From Actinomycetota bacterium (GTDB lineage Bacteria > Actinomycetota > UBA4738 > HRBIN12), in the NCBI GenBank assembly GCA_046082745.1, contig JBJTYK010000074.1, positions 1 through 35,925 on the forward strand: 35,925 bases of DNA, written 5' to 3'. Positions within the stretch are counted from its first letter, which is position 1, and each line of letters opens with the position of its first letter. A program made the position numbers and the translations under genes. The notes beneath the pieces are model-generated. The model was given only the letters and a program-made list of their open reading frames with translations, did not search any database and was not told the origin of the DNA. Shown here piece after piece: positions 1 through 9,138 of this stretch.

Positions 1-1648
1 CCCGCTCCCCCGTCGCGCGGAGCTTCAGGTCGGCCGTGTCGGCGGCCACGCCGCGCTTTCCGACGACGACCTGCACCGGGTAGCCGATGAGGTCGGCGTC
101 GGCGAACTTCACGCCCGCGGGGGCGTCGCGATCGTCGAGCACCGCGTCGATGCCGCGGGCTCGCAGGTCGTCGTAGAGGGCGGTCGCCGCCGCGACGACC
201 TCGTCGACGTCGCGGTTCGCGATGACGACGCAGACCGCGTGCGGCGCGAGCGCCTTCGGCAGGCGCATGCCCGCCTCGTCGTGGTGCTGCTCGACCGCCG
301 CCGCGAGGATCCGCGAGATGCCGATGCCGTAGCAGCCCATCCGGTAGTGCGTCGCGGTCCCGTCCTCCTCGGTGAACGTCGCGCCGAGCGGCTCCGAGTA
401 CTTCGTCCCGAGCTGGTAGATGTGACCGACGACGATCGAGCGCTCGATGCGGAGCGGCTCGCCGCACGCCGGGCAGGCGTCGCCCTCGCGGATGTCCACG
501 AGGTCGAGCTCCTCATCGATCCGGAAGTCGCGGTCGGCGTTCGCGCCCGTCACGTGGCGCTCGTGGGCGTTCGCGCCGGTGATCCAGTCGCGACCCGCGC
601 GCACCGCGGGGTCGGCGAGGATCGTGACGTCCGTGCCGAGGCCCTGCGGGCCGACGTAGCCCTTCGCGAACCCGTGCGCGGCGAAGTCGGCGTCCTCGAA
701 CGGACGGACCGGGTCGGGGAAGAAGCGGCGCTCGACCTTCGCCTCGTTCACCTCGCGGTCGCCGGGGACGAGTGCGGCGACCGCGCGGCCCGCGACGGAG
801 AACAGGATGCACTTCAGGGTGCGCGACGGCGCGCAGCCGAGCACCGCGCTGACCTTCTCGATCGTCGCGGCGTCGGGCGTCGCCACCTCCGTGAGCGGCT
901 CGAGGGCGTCGGTGGACGCCCGCTGCGGCGCGCGCGGCGACGCCGCCTCGGTGTCGGCGAGGTAGTCCCCGTTCGGGCAGGACACGTAGAGGTCCTCCCC
1001 GACCTCGGCGACCGCCATGAACTCGTGGTTCACCCCGCCGCCGATCGTGCCGGGATCGGCCTCGACGACGACGAAGGAGAGCCCGCAGCGCTCGAAGATC
1101 CGTCGGTAGGCGGCGAGCATCGCGTCGTAGGAGCGCACCATCCCGGCCTCGTCGCGATCGAACGAGTACGCGTCCTTCATGAGGAACTCGCGTCCCCGGA
1201 GCAGGCCGAAGCGCGGCCGGAACTCGTCGCGGTACTTCCACTCCACCTGGTAGAGGTTCAGCGGCAGGTCCCGGTACGAGGGGGCGTCGGCGGCGACGAG
1301 CGGCGCGACGACCTCCTCCTGCGTCGGCCCGAGGAGGAGCTCGCGACCGTGGCGGTCGACGGGCTTGAAGAGGAGGTCGCCGTAGGCCTCCCAACGACCG
1401 GTCGCCTTCCACGGTTCCGAGGGCAGGAGGATCGGCATCCGGATCTCCTGGGCGCCCGAAGCTTCCATCTCCTCGCGGACGATGTCCTCGATGCGCCGCA
1501 GCGTCCGCAGCCCGAGCGGCATCGTCGTGTAGACGCCCGCCATGAGCTGGCGGATGAAGCCCGCCCGCAGGAGGAGTCGGTGGGACGCCGCCTCGGCCTC
1601 GGCGGGGTCCTCGCGGAGCGTGGGGACGAAGCGTTCGGAGAGCTTCAC
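1..1648 (-). CDS. proS: Prolyl-tRNA synthetase. GTG start at 1648; the C-terminal end runs off the window.
   Basis: Own reverse translation from cac 1646-1648 gives VKLSERFVPTLREDPAEAEAASHRLLLRAGFIRQLMAGVYTTMPLGLRTLRRIEDIVREEM...GLLRGREFLMKDAYSFD...GCYGIGISRIL. This is typical bacterial ProRS. It is absent from the ORF track because it stays open to the window edge. Confidence 0.93.
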   Translation of the reverse strand, partial: MKLSERFVPTLREDPAEAEAASHRLLLRAGFIRQLMAGVYTTMPLGLRTLRRIEDIVREEMEASGAQEIRMPILLPSEPWKATGRWEAYGDLLFKPVDRHGRELLLGPTQEEVVAPLVAADAPSYRDLPLNLYQVEWKYRDEFRPRFGLLRGREFLMKDAYSFDRDEAGMVRSYDAMLAAYRRIFERCGLSFVVVEADPGTIGGGVNHEFMAVAEVGEDLYVSCPNGDYLADTEAASPRAPQRASTDALEPLTEVATPDAATIEKVSAVLGCAPSRTLKCILFSVAGRAVAALVPGDREVNEAKVERRFFPDPVRPFEDADFAAHGFAKGYVGPQGLGTDVTILADPAVRAGRDWITGANAHERHVTGANADRDFRIDEELDLVDIREGDACPACGEPLRIERSIVVGHIYQLGTKYSEPLGATFTEEDGTATHYRMGCYGIGISRILAAAVEQHHDEAGMRLPKALAPHAVCVVIANRDVDEVVAAATALYDDLRARGIDAVLDDRDAPAGVKFADADLIGYPVQVVVGKRGVAADTADLKLRATGER

Positions 1649-1701
1649 GGAGGCCGATGATAGCCGCGGGGACCCCGCCGGAGGCCGCGTACGCTTGGTC
1701 G

Positions 1702-2265
1702 GTGATCCTCGTCGTCGACCACTACGACAGCTTCACGTACAACCTCGTCCAGCTCATCGAGGGGCTCGGGCACGCGACCGAGGTCGTCCGCAGCGACGCC
1801 GCGTCGGCCGAGGCGCTCGTCGGGCGACGCCCCGCGGCGGTCGTGCTCTCCCCCGGACCGGGCCGACCGGAGGACGCGGGGGTGTTCCTCGACCTCCTGC
1901 GCGACCTGCCCGCGGAGACGCCGGTGCTCGGGGTGTGCCTCGGTCACCAGGCGCTCGGGCTCGCCGCCGGCGTCGCGGTCGTGCGGGAGGAACCCGTCCA
2001 CGGCCACGCCTCGCTCGTCGTCCACGACGGCCGCGGCATCCTCGCGGGCGTGCCGGATCCGTTCGCTGCGGCCCGGTACCACTCGCTCGTCCTGCCGGAG
2101 GCCTCGCTGCCACCCGACATCGTCGTCACGGGTCGCACCGGCGACGGGATCGTCATGGCGCTCCAGCACCGGGACCTGCCGCGGTTCGGGCTCCAGTTCC
2201 ACCCGGAGTCGATCCTGACCCCGGAGGGGCCGAGGATCCTCGCGAACTTCCTCGCGCTCGCCTAG
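1702..2265 (+). CDS. Class I glutamine amidotransferase, TrpG/PabA type (anthranilate or aminodeoxychorismate synthase component II)
   Basis: [23 protein letters not shown] and FHPES catalytic-triad motifs. The track ORF starts at ATG 1657, only 8 nt from the divergent proS start. In-frame GTG 1702 gives the usual family N-terminus, so the start is uncertain. Confidence 0.85.
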   Translation: MILVVDHYDSFTYNLVQLIEGLGHATEVVRSDAASAEALVGRRPAAVVLSPGPGRPEDAGVFLDLLRDLPAETPVLGVCLGHQALGLAAGVAVVREEPVHGHASLVVHDGRGILAGVPDPFAAARYHSLVLPEASLPPDIVVTGRTGDGIVMALQHRDLPRFGLQFHPESILTPEGPRILANFLALA

Positions 2266-3371
2266 GCGCGCGCGTCGGCGTCGGCGTCGGCGTTCGCCTC
2301 CGCCTCCGCCGCGAACCGTCGCGCCTCCTCGAGGAGCGCCTCGACGAAGCGCTCCTCGGGGATCTTGTCCTTCACCTCGCCCTTCACGATGAGGAACCCC
2401 TGCCCCTTGCCCGCGGCGATGCCGAGGTCGGCCTCGCGGGCCTCCCCCGGACCGTTCACGACGCAGCCCATGACGGCGACGCGGATCGGGACCTTGATGC
2501 CCTCGCGCTCGAGCGCCTCGTTCACCTGCTTCGTGAGGCCGAGCACGTCGACCTCCGCGCGACCGCACGAGGGGCACGCGACGAGGTCGAGTCCCCGGCG
2601 ACGCAGGCCGAGCGACTGGAGGATCGTCATCCCGACCTTCACCTCCTCGACGGGGTCGTCGGTGAGCGAGACCCGGATCGTGTCGCCGATGCCCTCCGCG
2701 AGGAGCGTCCCGATCCCGACCGCGCTCTTCACGCCGCCCATCGGCATCGGACCCGCCTCCGTGACGCCGAGGTGGAGCGGGTAGTCGCACGCCTCGGCGA
2801 TGAGCCGGTACGCCTCGATCATCGTGCGCGCGTTCGAGTGCTTCACGGAGATCTTGATGTCCGTGAAGTCCTCGTCCTCGAGGATCCGCGCCTCGTTCAG
2901 CGCCGACTCGACGAGCGCCGCGGGGGTCGGCGCGCCGTGCTTCTCGAGGAGCTCCTTCTCGAGCGAGCCGGCGTTCACGCCGATGCGGATCGGCACGCCG
3001 CGGTCCTTCGCCTCGCGGGCGATGAGCCGGACTTTGTCGTGGTACTTGATGTTCCCCGGGTTGATCCGCAGCCCCTGGATGCCCGCCTCGAGCGCCGCCA
3101 TCGCGTACTTCCACTGGAAGTGGATGTCCGCGACGACGGGGATCGTCGACTTCGCCGCGATCGCCCGCAGCGCCTCGGCGTCCTCCCAGTGGGGGACGGC
3201 GACGCGCACGATCTCGCAGCCGGTCGCCACGAGCGAGGCGATCTGCTGGAGCGTCGCGTTGATGTCGGCGGTCTTCGTCGTCGTCATCGACTGGACGCGC
3301 ACGGGCGCGTCGCCGCCGACGGTGACGTCGCCGATGCGGACCTGCCGGGATCGCCTGCGCTCGAAGGCCAC
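2262..3371 (-). CDS. ispG: 4-hydroxy-3-methylbut-2-en-1-yl diphosphate synthase (flavodoxin type)
   Basis: 369 aa with [21 protein letters not shown]...GCEIVRVAV...LVACPSCGR. Full-length IspG/GcpE pattern. Its stop overlaps the convergent amidotransferase stop in a shared CTAG. Confidence 0.96.
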   Translation of the reverse strand: MAFERRRSRQVRIGDVTVGGDAPVRVQSMTTTKTADINATLQQIASLVATGCEIVRVAVPHWEDAEALRAIAAKSTIPVVADIHFQWKYAMAALEAGIQGLRINPGNIKYHDKVRLIAREAKDRGVPIRIGVNAGSLEKELLEKHGAPTPAALVESALNEARILEDEDFTDIKISVKHSNARTMIEAYRLIAEACDYPLHLGVTEAGPMPMGGVKSAVGIGTLLAEGIGDTIRVSLTDDPVEEVKVGMTILQSLGLRRRGLDLVACPSCGRAEVDVLGLTKQVNEALEREGIKVPIRVAVMGCVVNGPGEAREADLGIAAGKGQGFLIVKGEVKDKIPEERFVEALLEEARRFAAEAEANADADADARA

Positions 3372-3380
3372 GACGAGAGC

Positions 3381-4751
3381 CTACCGGGGGTCGGCCGGCG
3401 CTCCCCGGGGCAGGTCCACGACGAAGCGGCTGCCGCCCGTCGTCCCCGCCTCCACCCAGATGCGACCTCCGTGCCCCGTCACGATCGAGCGCGCGATCGC
3501 GAGCCCGATGCCGGTTCCGCCGTCCTCGCGCGAGCGCGCGGGGTCGACCCGGTAGAAGCGCTCGAACACGCGCTCGCGCAGGTGCTCCGGGATGCCCGGT
3601 CCGGCGTCCTCGACCTCGAGGCGCACGCGGCCGTCGGTGGCGACCGCGCGGACGGCGACCTCGCCGCCGTCGGGGGTGAAGCGCACGGCATTGTCGACGA
3701 GGTTGAAGACGACCTGGTGGAGCCGCTCGGCGTCACCCTCGACCGGCGGGAGGGCGGCCGGCACCTCGCTCGCGAGGTGCCGGCCGCCGCCCGCGACCGC
3801 GAACTCCGACAGGACCCGCCCGACGAGCGCGCCGACGTCGACGGGCTCGCGGCGGAACGTCGCCGCCCCGGACTCGAGGCGCGCGAGGTCGAGGAGCTGG
3901 TCGACGAGGCGACCGAGCCGTTCGGACTGGGCGAGCATCACCGAGAGCGTCCCGGGGTCGGGGGCCTCGACGCCGTCGAGGAGGTTCTCGAGGCGCGCGC
4001 GCAGCGCGGAGATCGGCGTCTTCAACTCGTGCGAGACGTTCGCGACGAGATCGCGTCGCAGCCCCTCGAGGGCGGCGAGGTCGGCCGCCATCCGGTTGAA
4101 GGCGACCGCGAGTTCGCCCACCTCGTCACGGGAGTCCGTCTCGACGCGTCGGGAGTAGTCGCCGGTCGCCATGTCGCGCGCGGCGTCGGCCATGTCGCGC
4201 AGCGGACGCGTCATCCCGCGCGCGAGCCACCGGGCGAACGCGATCGCCGAGGCCGAGCCGACGAGTCCTGCGGCGAGGAGCTGCCACCAGAACTGGAGGA
4301 GGAATCGCGTCGACGCCGCGAGGAGGTCGGGCTCCTCGCGCACCGCGTAGAGCATCCCCTCACCCGCCTCCGCGCGCAGGGGCACCGCCGCGTAGGCGAC
4401 ACCCCGCGCGACGCCGACGTGGACGCCGGTCGTGAACCGGGGCGGCTCGGGGAGCGGGTCGCCGAACCAGACGAACGCCCCTGCCTCCCGGAGATGGGCG
4501 ATCGAGACCCCGGGCGGCGCGACCGGTGCCGGCGCGCGACTGCGCGACTGCGCGATCCCGAGGAGCTCGACGAGATCGGCCTCCCGGAAATCATTGCGGA
4601 GCGCGAAGGAGAGCAGCACGAAGACGAGACCGAGCGACACGGCGACCGCGACGACGATCGTGGACCCGAGCTTCGCGCGGATCGACGGGAGGCGCCGGAT
4701 CGGGCGCGCGATCCTGCGCGCCGCGCGCGCCGCCGGTGAGGACCCGCTCAC
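3381..4751 (-). CDS. Two-component sensor histidine kinase (2 TM, HAMP, HisKA, HATPase_c)
   Basis: SHELKTPISAL H-box, DNAVRFT N-box and GTGIGLAIARSIV G-box, with N-terminal TM segments. GTGA overlap with the upstream response regulator. Confidence 0.9.
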   Translation of the reverse strand: MSGSSPAARAARRIARPIRRLPSIRAKLGSTIVVAVAVSLGLVFVLLSFALRNDFREADLVELLGIAQSRSRAPAPVAPPGVSIAHLREAGAFVWFGDPLPEPPRFTTGVHVGVARGVAYAAVPLRAEAGEGMLYAVREEPDLLAASTRFLLQFWWQLLAAGLVGSASAIAFARWLARGMTRPLRDMADAARDMATGDYSRRVETDSRDEVGELAVAFNRMAADLAALEGLRRDLVANVSHELKTPISALRARLENLLDGVEAPDPGTLSVMLAQSERLGRLVDQLLDLARLESGAATFRREPVDVGALVGRVLSEFAVAGGGRHLASEVPAALPPVEGDAERLHQVVFNLVDNAVRFTPDGGEVAVRAVATDGRVRLEVEDAGPGIPEHLRERVFERFYRVDPARSREDGGTGIGLAIARSIVTGHGGRIWVEAGTTGGSRFVVDLPRGAPADPR

Positions 4752-5437
4752 CCGCGGAACGCGTATCCGACGCCGTGCACGGTCCGCACGAAGCGGGGCT
4801 CGCCCTCCTCGCGGAGCTTCCGGCGGATGCGCGCGACGTGCGAGTCGACGACCCGACCGCCGGCGTAGTCGCGGTAGCCCCAGACGAGGTCCATGAGCTG
4901 CTCGCGCGTGAACACGACGCCGGGTCGCCGTGCGAGCGTGAGGAGGATGTCGAACTCGAGCGGCGTGAGCGCGACCTCCTCGCCCTCGAGCGTGGCGACC
5001 CGTCGCGCCGGGTCGAGCACGAGGCCGTCGGACTCGAGCGGTCCCTCGGGTTCGCTCCCCCGTTCCGCGCGTCGCAGGATCGCGCCGACGCGAAGTGCGA
5101 GTTCCCGGAGGCTGAACGGCTTCGTGAGGTAGTCGTCGGCGCCCGCCGCGAAGCCGGCGGCCTTGTCCTCCTCCTCGGCCTTCGCCGTCAGCATGAGGAC
5201 CGGGACCCAGCGTTCCCGCTGGAGCTCCGCGCAGACCGCGAGGCCGTCCATCCCGGGGAGCATCCGGTCGAGCACGACGAGGTCCGGTCGCGCGCGGGAC
5301 GCGACGGCGAGCGCCTCGGGACCGTCGGCGGCCACGAGGACCTCGTAGCCCTCGCTCTCGAGCCGGGCGCGGACGGCCTCGGCGATCGCTGCCTCGTCGT
5401 CCACCACGAGCACGCGCCGACGTTCCACGCCCGCCAT
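4748..5437 (-). CDS. OmpR/PhoB-family response regulator
   Basis: Internal start MAGVERRRVLVVDDE (cat 5435-5437). Receiver motifs DLVVLDRMLPGMDG and LTAK, then a winged-helix C-terminus LTPLEFDILLTLA...VRTVHGVGYAF. The longer track ORF extension is Arg-rich and overlaps rseP. Confidence 0.9.
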   Translation of the reverse strand: MAGVERRRVLVVDDEAAIAEAVRARLESEGYEVLVAADGPEALAVASRARPDLVVLDRMLPGMDGLAVCAELQRERWVPVLMLTAKAEEEDKAAGFAAGADDYLTKPFSLRELALRVGAILRRAERGSEPEGPLESDGLVLDPARRVATLEGEEVALTPLEFDILLTLARRPGVVFTREQLMDLVWGYRDYAGGRVVDSHVARIRRKLREEGEPRFVRTVHGVGYAFRG

Positions 5438-5466
5438 CGTAGCCACGGAGGACGTCCGCGCGCCCC

Positions 5467-6585
5467 CTACGGGGCGAACGTGATGGGCTTCACGAGGTCG
5501 AGCCAGACGACCGAGAGCGTGAAGAGCACGAGGACCGCGGCGACCGCCGCCGAGACGGGGACGAGCCGACGCATGTCGACGGGGCGGCGGCGGATCCGCT
5601 CGACGGCGAGGACGGCGAGGTGGCCGCCGTCGAAGGGCGGCAGCGGCAGGAGGTTCAGGAGACCGATGAACACGTTCACGACGCCGAAGACGTAGGCGAC
5701 GTCGCCGAAGCGTCCCGCCGCCGCGGCCTGTCCCGCGACGCGGCTGATGCCGACGATGCTCGCCGGGTCCGTCGGACGCCGCGGGGCATCGGTGACGAGG
5801 AGTCGCACGAGCCGGTCGATGCCCTCGGGGCCGAAGATCCGGCCGAGGCTCTGCACCGTCGTGACGACCGAGTCCGCGAGGAGGCCCGCGGATCCCGTGA
5901 TCGCGCCGACGGGGCCGACCCGTTCGCGGGCGTCCTCGAGGGCGACACCGATGCGCCCGGCCCACTCGCCCTCGACGAGCGCGAGCACCGGCGCGATGGT
6001 CACCTCGAGCACCTCGCCGTCGCGCTCGATGCGGAACGGGACCGGTTCGCCGACGTGGGAACGGGTGTAGGCCACGAGCTCCTCGTCGGTGGGGCGGTCG
6101 ATGTCCCCGACGCCGACGATGCGGTCGCCGGGCTCGAGCCCCGCCGCCGCGGCGGGCGACGGCGACCCCGCGAGCGTCGGGGTGACGGCTCCCACGAGCG
6201 GAGCGACCGCGGTCGGTCGGCCGACGATGCCGAGCCACACGGCGAAGACGAGGAACGCGAGGACGAGGTGGGTCGCGGGGCCGGCGGCGATGACGATCGC
6301 CCGCTGCCAGACGGGCTTCGCCCCGAAGGTCCGCGGCAGGTCCTCCTCCGCCTCCTCGCGGTACGGGTTCATCCCGGCGATCCGGACGTAGCCGCCCGCG
6401 GGGATGAGCTTCACGCCGTACTCGGTCTCGCCGCGACGCGTCGACCAGATCCGCGGTCCGAAGCCGACGAAGAACTCCTCGACCTTGATGCCGAAGCGCT
6501 TCGCGGTCCCGAAGTGCGCCGCCTCGTGGATCACGACGACGAGGATGAGGGCGACGAAGAACGAGACCTGGGCGAGCGCGCTCAT
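5467..6585 (-). CDS. rseP: RIP (site-2) zinc metalloprotease, M50 family, RseP/Rip1-like
   Basis: Start MSALAQVSFFVALILVVVIHEAAHF (HExxH), a PDZ-like middle region, and C-terminal NLLPLPPFDGGH. The position between dxr and ispG matches actinobacterial rip1. Confidence 0.88.
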   Translation of the reverse strand: MSALAQVSFFVALILVVVIHEAAHFGTAKRFGIKVEEFFVGFGPRIWSTRRGETEYGVKLIPAGGYVRIAGMNPYREEAEEDLPRTFGAKPVWQRAIVIAAGPATHLVLAFLVFAVWLGIVGRPTAVAPLVGAVTPTLAGSPSPAAAAGLEPGDRIVGVGDIDRPTDEELVAYTRSHVGEPVPFRIERDGEVLEVTIAPVLALVEGEWAGRIGVALEDARERVGPVGAITGSAGLLADSVVTTVQSLGRIFGPEGIDRLVRLLVTDAPRRPTDPASIVGISRVAGQAAAAGRFGDVAYVFGVVNVFIGLLNLLPLPPFDGGHLAVLAVERIRRRPVDMRRLVPVSAAVAAVLVLFTLSVVWLDLVKPITFAP

Positions 6586-7733
6586 GCGAGGAGTTCCGCG
6601 GCGCGGGCGCGCGCCCACGCGTCCGCGCGCTCGAGGAGGACGAGCGAGACGACCGACGCGGCGGGGTCGTGTTCGTCGACGACGGCGGTGACCGTGTCGA
6701 CGATCGCGGGGAACGGGATGCGACCGTCGAGGAACGCCCCGACGGCGACCTCGTTCGCCGCGCTCATGACGGCGGGGTAGGTGAGGCCGAGCCGACCGAC
6801 GCGGTACGCGAGGTCGAGCGCGGGGAACGCCTCGCGGTCGACGGGCTCGAACGTGAGCCGCGAGCCGGCGAGCGACACGGGCTCGACGCCGGTCGCGAGC
6901 CGGTCGGGCCAGCCGAGGGCCGCCTGGATCGGAAGCCGCATGTCGGGCACGGCGAGCTGCGCGCTCATCGCGCCGTCGCGGAACTCCGCGATCGCGTGGA
7001 CGACGCCCTCGGGGTGCACGACGACGTCGATCTGGGCGTAGTCGAGGCCGAAGAGGTGGTGGGCCTCGATGACCTCGAGGCCCTTGTTCATGAGCGTCGC
7101 GGAGTCGATCGTGATCTTCGGCCCCATCCGCCACACGGGGTGGGCGAGCGCCTCCTTCACCGACGCGCGGGCGAGGTCCTGCGCCGACCAGCCGCGGAAC
7201 GGACCGCCGGATCCGGTGAGGATCACGCGCCGGACGTCCTCCCGGCGTTCGCCGCGCAGGCACTGCGCGAGCGCCGCGTGCTCGGAGTCCACCGGGATGA
7301 GCCGCTCGGGCTCCCCCTTCACGAGGTCGAGGACGAGGTCGCCACCGATCACGAGGCTCTCCTTGTTCGCGAGCGCGAGCGCCTTGCCGGCCTGGAGCGA
7401 CGCGAGGGTCGGCCCGAGTCCCGCCGAGCCGACGAGCGCGTTCAGCACGAGGTCGGCCTCGGAGTCGCGGGCGAGCCGCTCGGCCGCGTCCGGACCGGCG
7501 AGGACCTCGACGCCCCGGAACCCGGCGAGGCGCTCCTCGAGCTCGGGGGCCGACGCCTCGTCGGCGATCGCGACCTGCGCGGGCAGGAACTCGCGGACCT
7601 GTCCCACGAGGAGGTCGAGGTTCGCGCCCGCGGAGAGTCCGAGCACCCGGAAGCGGTCCGGGTTGCGTCGCACGACGTCGAGGGCCTGCGTGCCGACGGA
7701 GCCGGTCGAACCGAGGATGGCGAGCGAACGCAT
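6582..7733 (-). CDS. dxr: 1-deoxy-D-xylulose 5-phosphate reductoisomerase
   Basis: MRSLAILGSTGSVGTQALDV..., LANKESLV, PVDSEH, and ILTGSGGPFR. ATGA overlap with the rseP start. Confidence 0.95.
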   Translation of the reverse strand: MRSLAILGSTGSVGTQALDVVRRNPDRFRVLGLSAGANLDLLVGQVREFLPAQVAIADEASAPELEERLAGFRGVEVLAGPDAAERLARDSEADLVLNALVGSAGLGPTLASLQAGKALALANKESLVIGGDLVLDLVKGEPERLIPVDSEHAALAQCLRGERREDVRRVILTGSGGPFRGWSAQDLARASVKEALAHPVWRMGPKITIDSATLMNKGLEVIEAHHLFGLDYAQIDVVVHPEGVVHAIAEFRDGAMSAQLAVPDMRLPIQAALGWPDRLATGVEPVSLAGSRLTFEPVDREAFPALDLAYRVGRLGLTYPAVMSAANEVAVGAFLDGRIPFPAIVDTVTAVVDEHDPAASVVSLVLLERADAWARARAAELLA

Positions 7734-7777
7734 CGCCGTCCAGCCTACCGTCCCGCCCGCCGCGGGAGCCCCGGGGG

Positions 7778-8884
7778 CTAGCCGGCGACGAGCCGCAGGA
7801 AGATGAACGAGGCCGGCAGGACGAACAGGAGCGCGTCGATCCGGTCGAGGACGCCGCCGTGCCCCGGGAGGATGTTGCCCATGTCCTTCAGCCCGAGGTC
7901 GCGCTTCAGGATGGATTCGGCGAGATCGCCGAGCGGCGCGAAGATCGCGACGACGACCGCGAGGCCGGCCGCACGACCGATCGTGTCGAGGAGCTCCACG
8001 GCCGGCGCGACCGCGCCGATCGCGAGCGCGAGCGCCGCGATCGTGCCGCCGATCGCCCCTTCCCAGGACTTCTTCGGACTCACGCTCGCGGCGAGCGGGC
8101 GGCTCCCCCACAGGTAGCCGCCGAAGAACGCGGCGGTGTCGTAGGCGATCGTGAGCCCGATGACGGACGTGAGCAGCGACGCACCGTCCGGCAGCCGCAG
8201 GATGAGCATGCCGTAGCCGGCCATCACGCCGATGTAGCCGACGCCGAGGAGCGTCATCGCGATGTTCATGACGACGTCGCGTCGATGCCCCGGGGCCTGG
8301 GCGAGGAACCACAGGAACGTCGCGATGATCGAGAGCGGCAGCATCGCGAGCATCGCCGCCTCGCCCCGCAGGTAGGCCGCCGCGAGGATGAGGAGCGCCG
8401 AGACGAGGCCGACCGCGATCGCGGGCTGGTGGTCCGCTCGGCGGAGCGCCCGGTACCACTCGTCGAGACCGACGAGCACCGCGATGCCCGCGAACCAGGC
8501 GAACCAGGGCGCGCCGAGCCAGAGGGTCCCCACGGCGAGCGCGGCGAGCACGAAGCCCGTGGCCGCCGCGAGCGGGACGTTGCGGCCCGCGCGGCGCTCC
8601 TCGCCGGAGCCGACCTCGAGCGCGGTGGGGTCCTGCCAGCTCGGCCCCGCGGTCCCCTCGGGACCGATCGTGATCGTGCGGTCACGCGGCGCGGCGTCGG
8701 ACTCCCGGCCCTCGATCTCGCCGAGGAGCGCCGTGATGCTCCCGAACTCGCCCGAGGGGGGCGGCGCGCCGGTCACGCGGACGTCGTCGTCATCCACGGG
8801 CTCCTCGGGCGCGCGCGGCAGCCCGATCGGCGGCTCGTCCGACGTGTCGATGCGGATCGTGCCGGTGTCGAAGACCGATGGCAC
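7778..8884 (-). CDS. cdsA: Phosphatidate cytidylyltransferase with a long acidic/Pro-rich N-terminal region
   Basis: C-terminal signature SPKKSWEGAIGG...PLGDLAESILKRDLGLKDMGNILPGHGGVLDRID plus multiple TM segments. The coding signal continues upstream in another frame (see the 8885-9137 feature). Confidence 0.9.
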   Translation of the reverse strand: MPSVFDTGTIRIDTSDEPPIGLPRAPEEPVDDDDVRVTGAPPPSGEFGSITALLGEIEGRESDAAPRDRTITIGPEGTAGPSWQDPTALEVGSGEERRAGRNVPLAAATGFVLAALAVGTLWLGAPWFAWFAGIAVLVGLDEWYRALRRADHQPAIAVGLVSALLILAAAYLRGEAAMLAMLPLSIIATFLWFLAQAPGHRRDVVMNIAMTLLGVGYIGVMAGYGMLILRLPDGASLLTSVIGLTIAYDTAAFFGGYLWGSRPLAASVSPKKSWEGAIGGTIAALALAIGAVAPAVELLDTIGRAAGLAVVVAIFAPLGDLAESILKRDLGLKDMGNILPGHGGVLDRIDALLFVLPASFIFLRLVAG

Positions 8885-9137
8885 CGAGGGCTCGGGCTCG
8901 CGGCGCTCGGAGAAGTACGCGGCGGCCCGCTCGAGGTCGTCCTCGGACGGTTCGCGGCGGAGGTCGTCCTCGCCGTTGCGGATCGGCGGCAGCGGCGGCG
9001 GCGGGCGCGCCCTCGGGCTCCCGACCGGCGGGCCGCTCCGTCCCGGATCGGTCCTCGGGCCAGTCCACGTCGCGGATCGGCGCGAAGAACTTGTCGAGGT
9101 CCTCGAAGAGATCTTCGCGCTTCTCGTCGTCCGCCAC
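8885..9137 (-). other. Probable true 5' part of cdsA, split from the body by a 1-nt frame change near 8981-9015
   Basis: A GTG at 9137, 1 nt after the frr stop, opens MADDEKREDLFEDLDKFFAPIRDVDWPEDRSGTERPAGREPEG with high GC3. After a GCC/GCG-rich run, this frame loses GC3 bias. The cdsA frame gains it there (PPPLPPIRNGEDDLRREPSEDDLERAAAYFSERREPEPSVPSVFD). Confidence 0.5.
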
Positions 9138-9138
9138 G

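Noticed and set aside
1657-1701. ATG 1657 as the start of the amidotransferase (track ORF start).
   Set aside because: It leaves only 8 nt to the divergent proS start. It also adds a 15-aa non-conserved extension before the family-typical [12 protein letters not shown]-terminus. GTG 1702 is preferred, although 1657 is not excluded.
1542-4739. 1065-aa plus-strand ORF spanning the amidotransferase, ispG and kinase region. Similar giant ORFs are 30167-33577 (-), 31192-34431 (+), 22487-25270 (-), 25203-27722 (-), 17518-19788 (+) and 11965-14088 (-, upstream part).
   Set aside because: Their translations are Arg/Gly/Asp/Pro-rich low-complexity sequence with poor GC3 bias. They lie antisense or out of frame to genes with unmistakable family motifs. 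This is the usual open-frame artefact of very GC-rich DNA.
8790-9137. The 115-aa track ORF taken as an independent gene overlapping the cdsA start.
   Set aside because: Only its first ~45 codons look coding. The remainder is Arg/Ala-rich with many A/T third positions, while the cdsA frame carries the coding signal. I reported it as a probable frameshifted cdsA 5' end instead.
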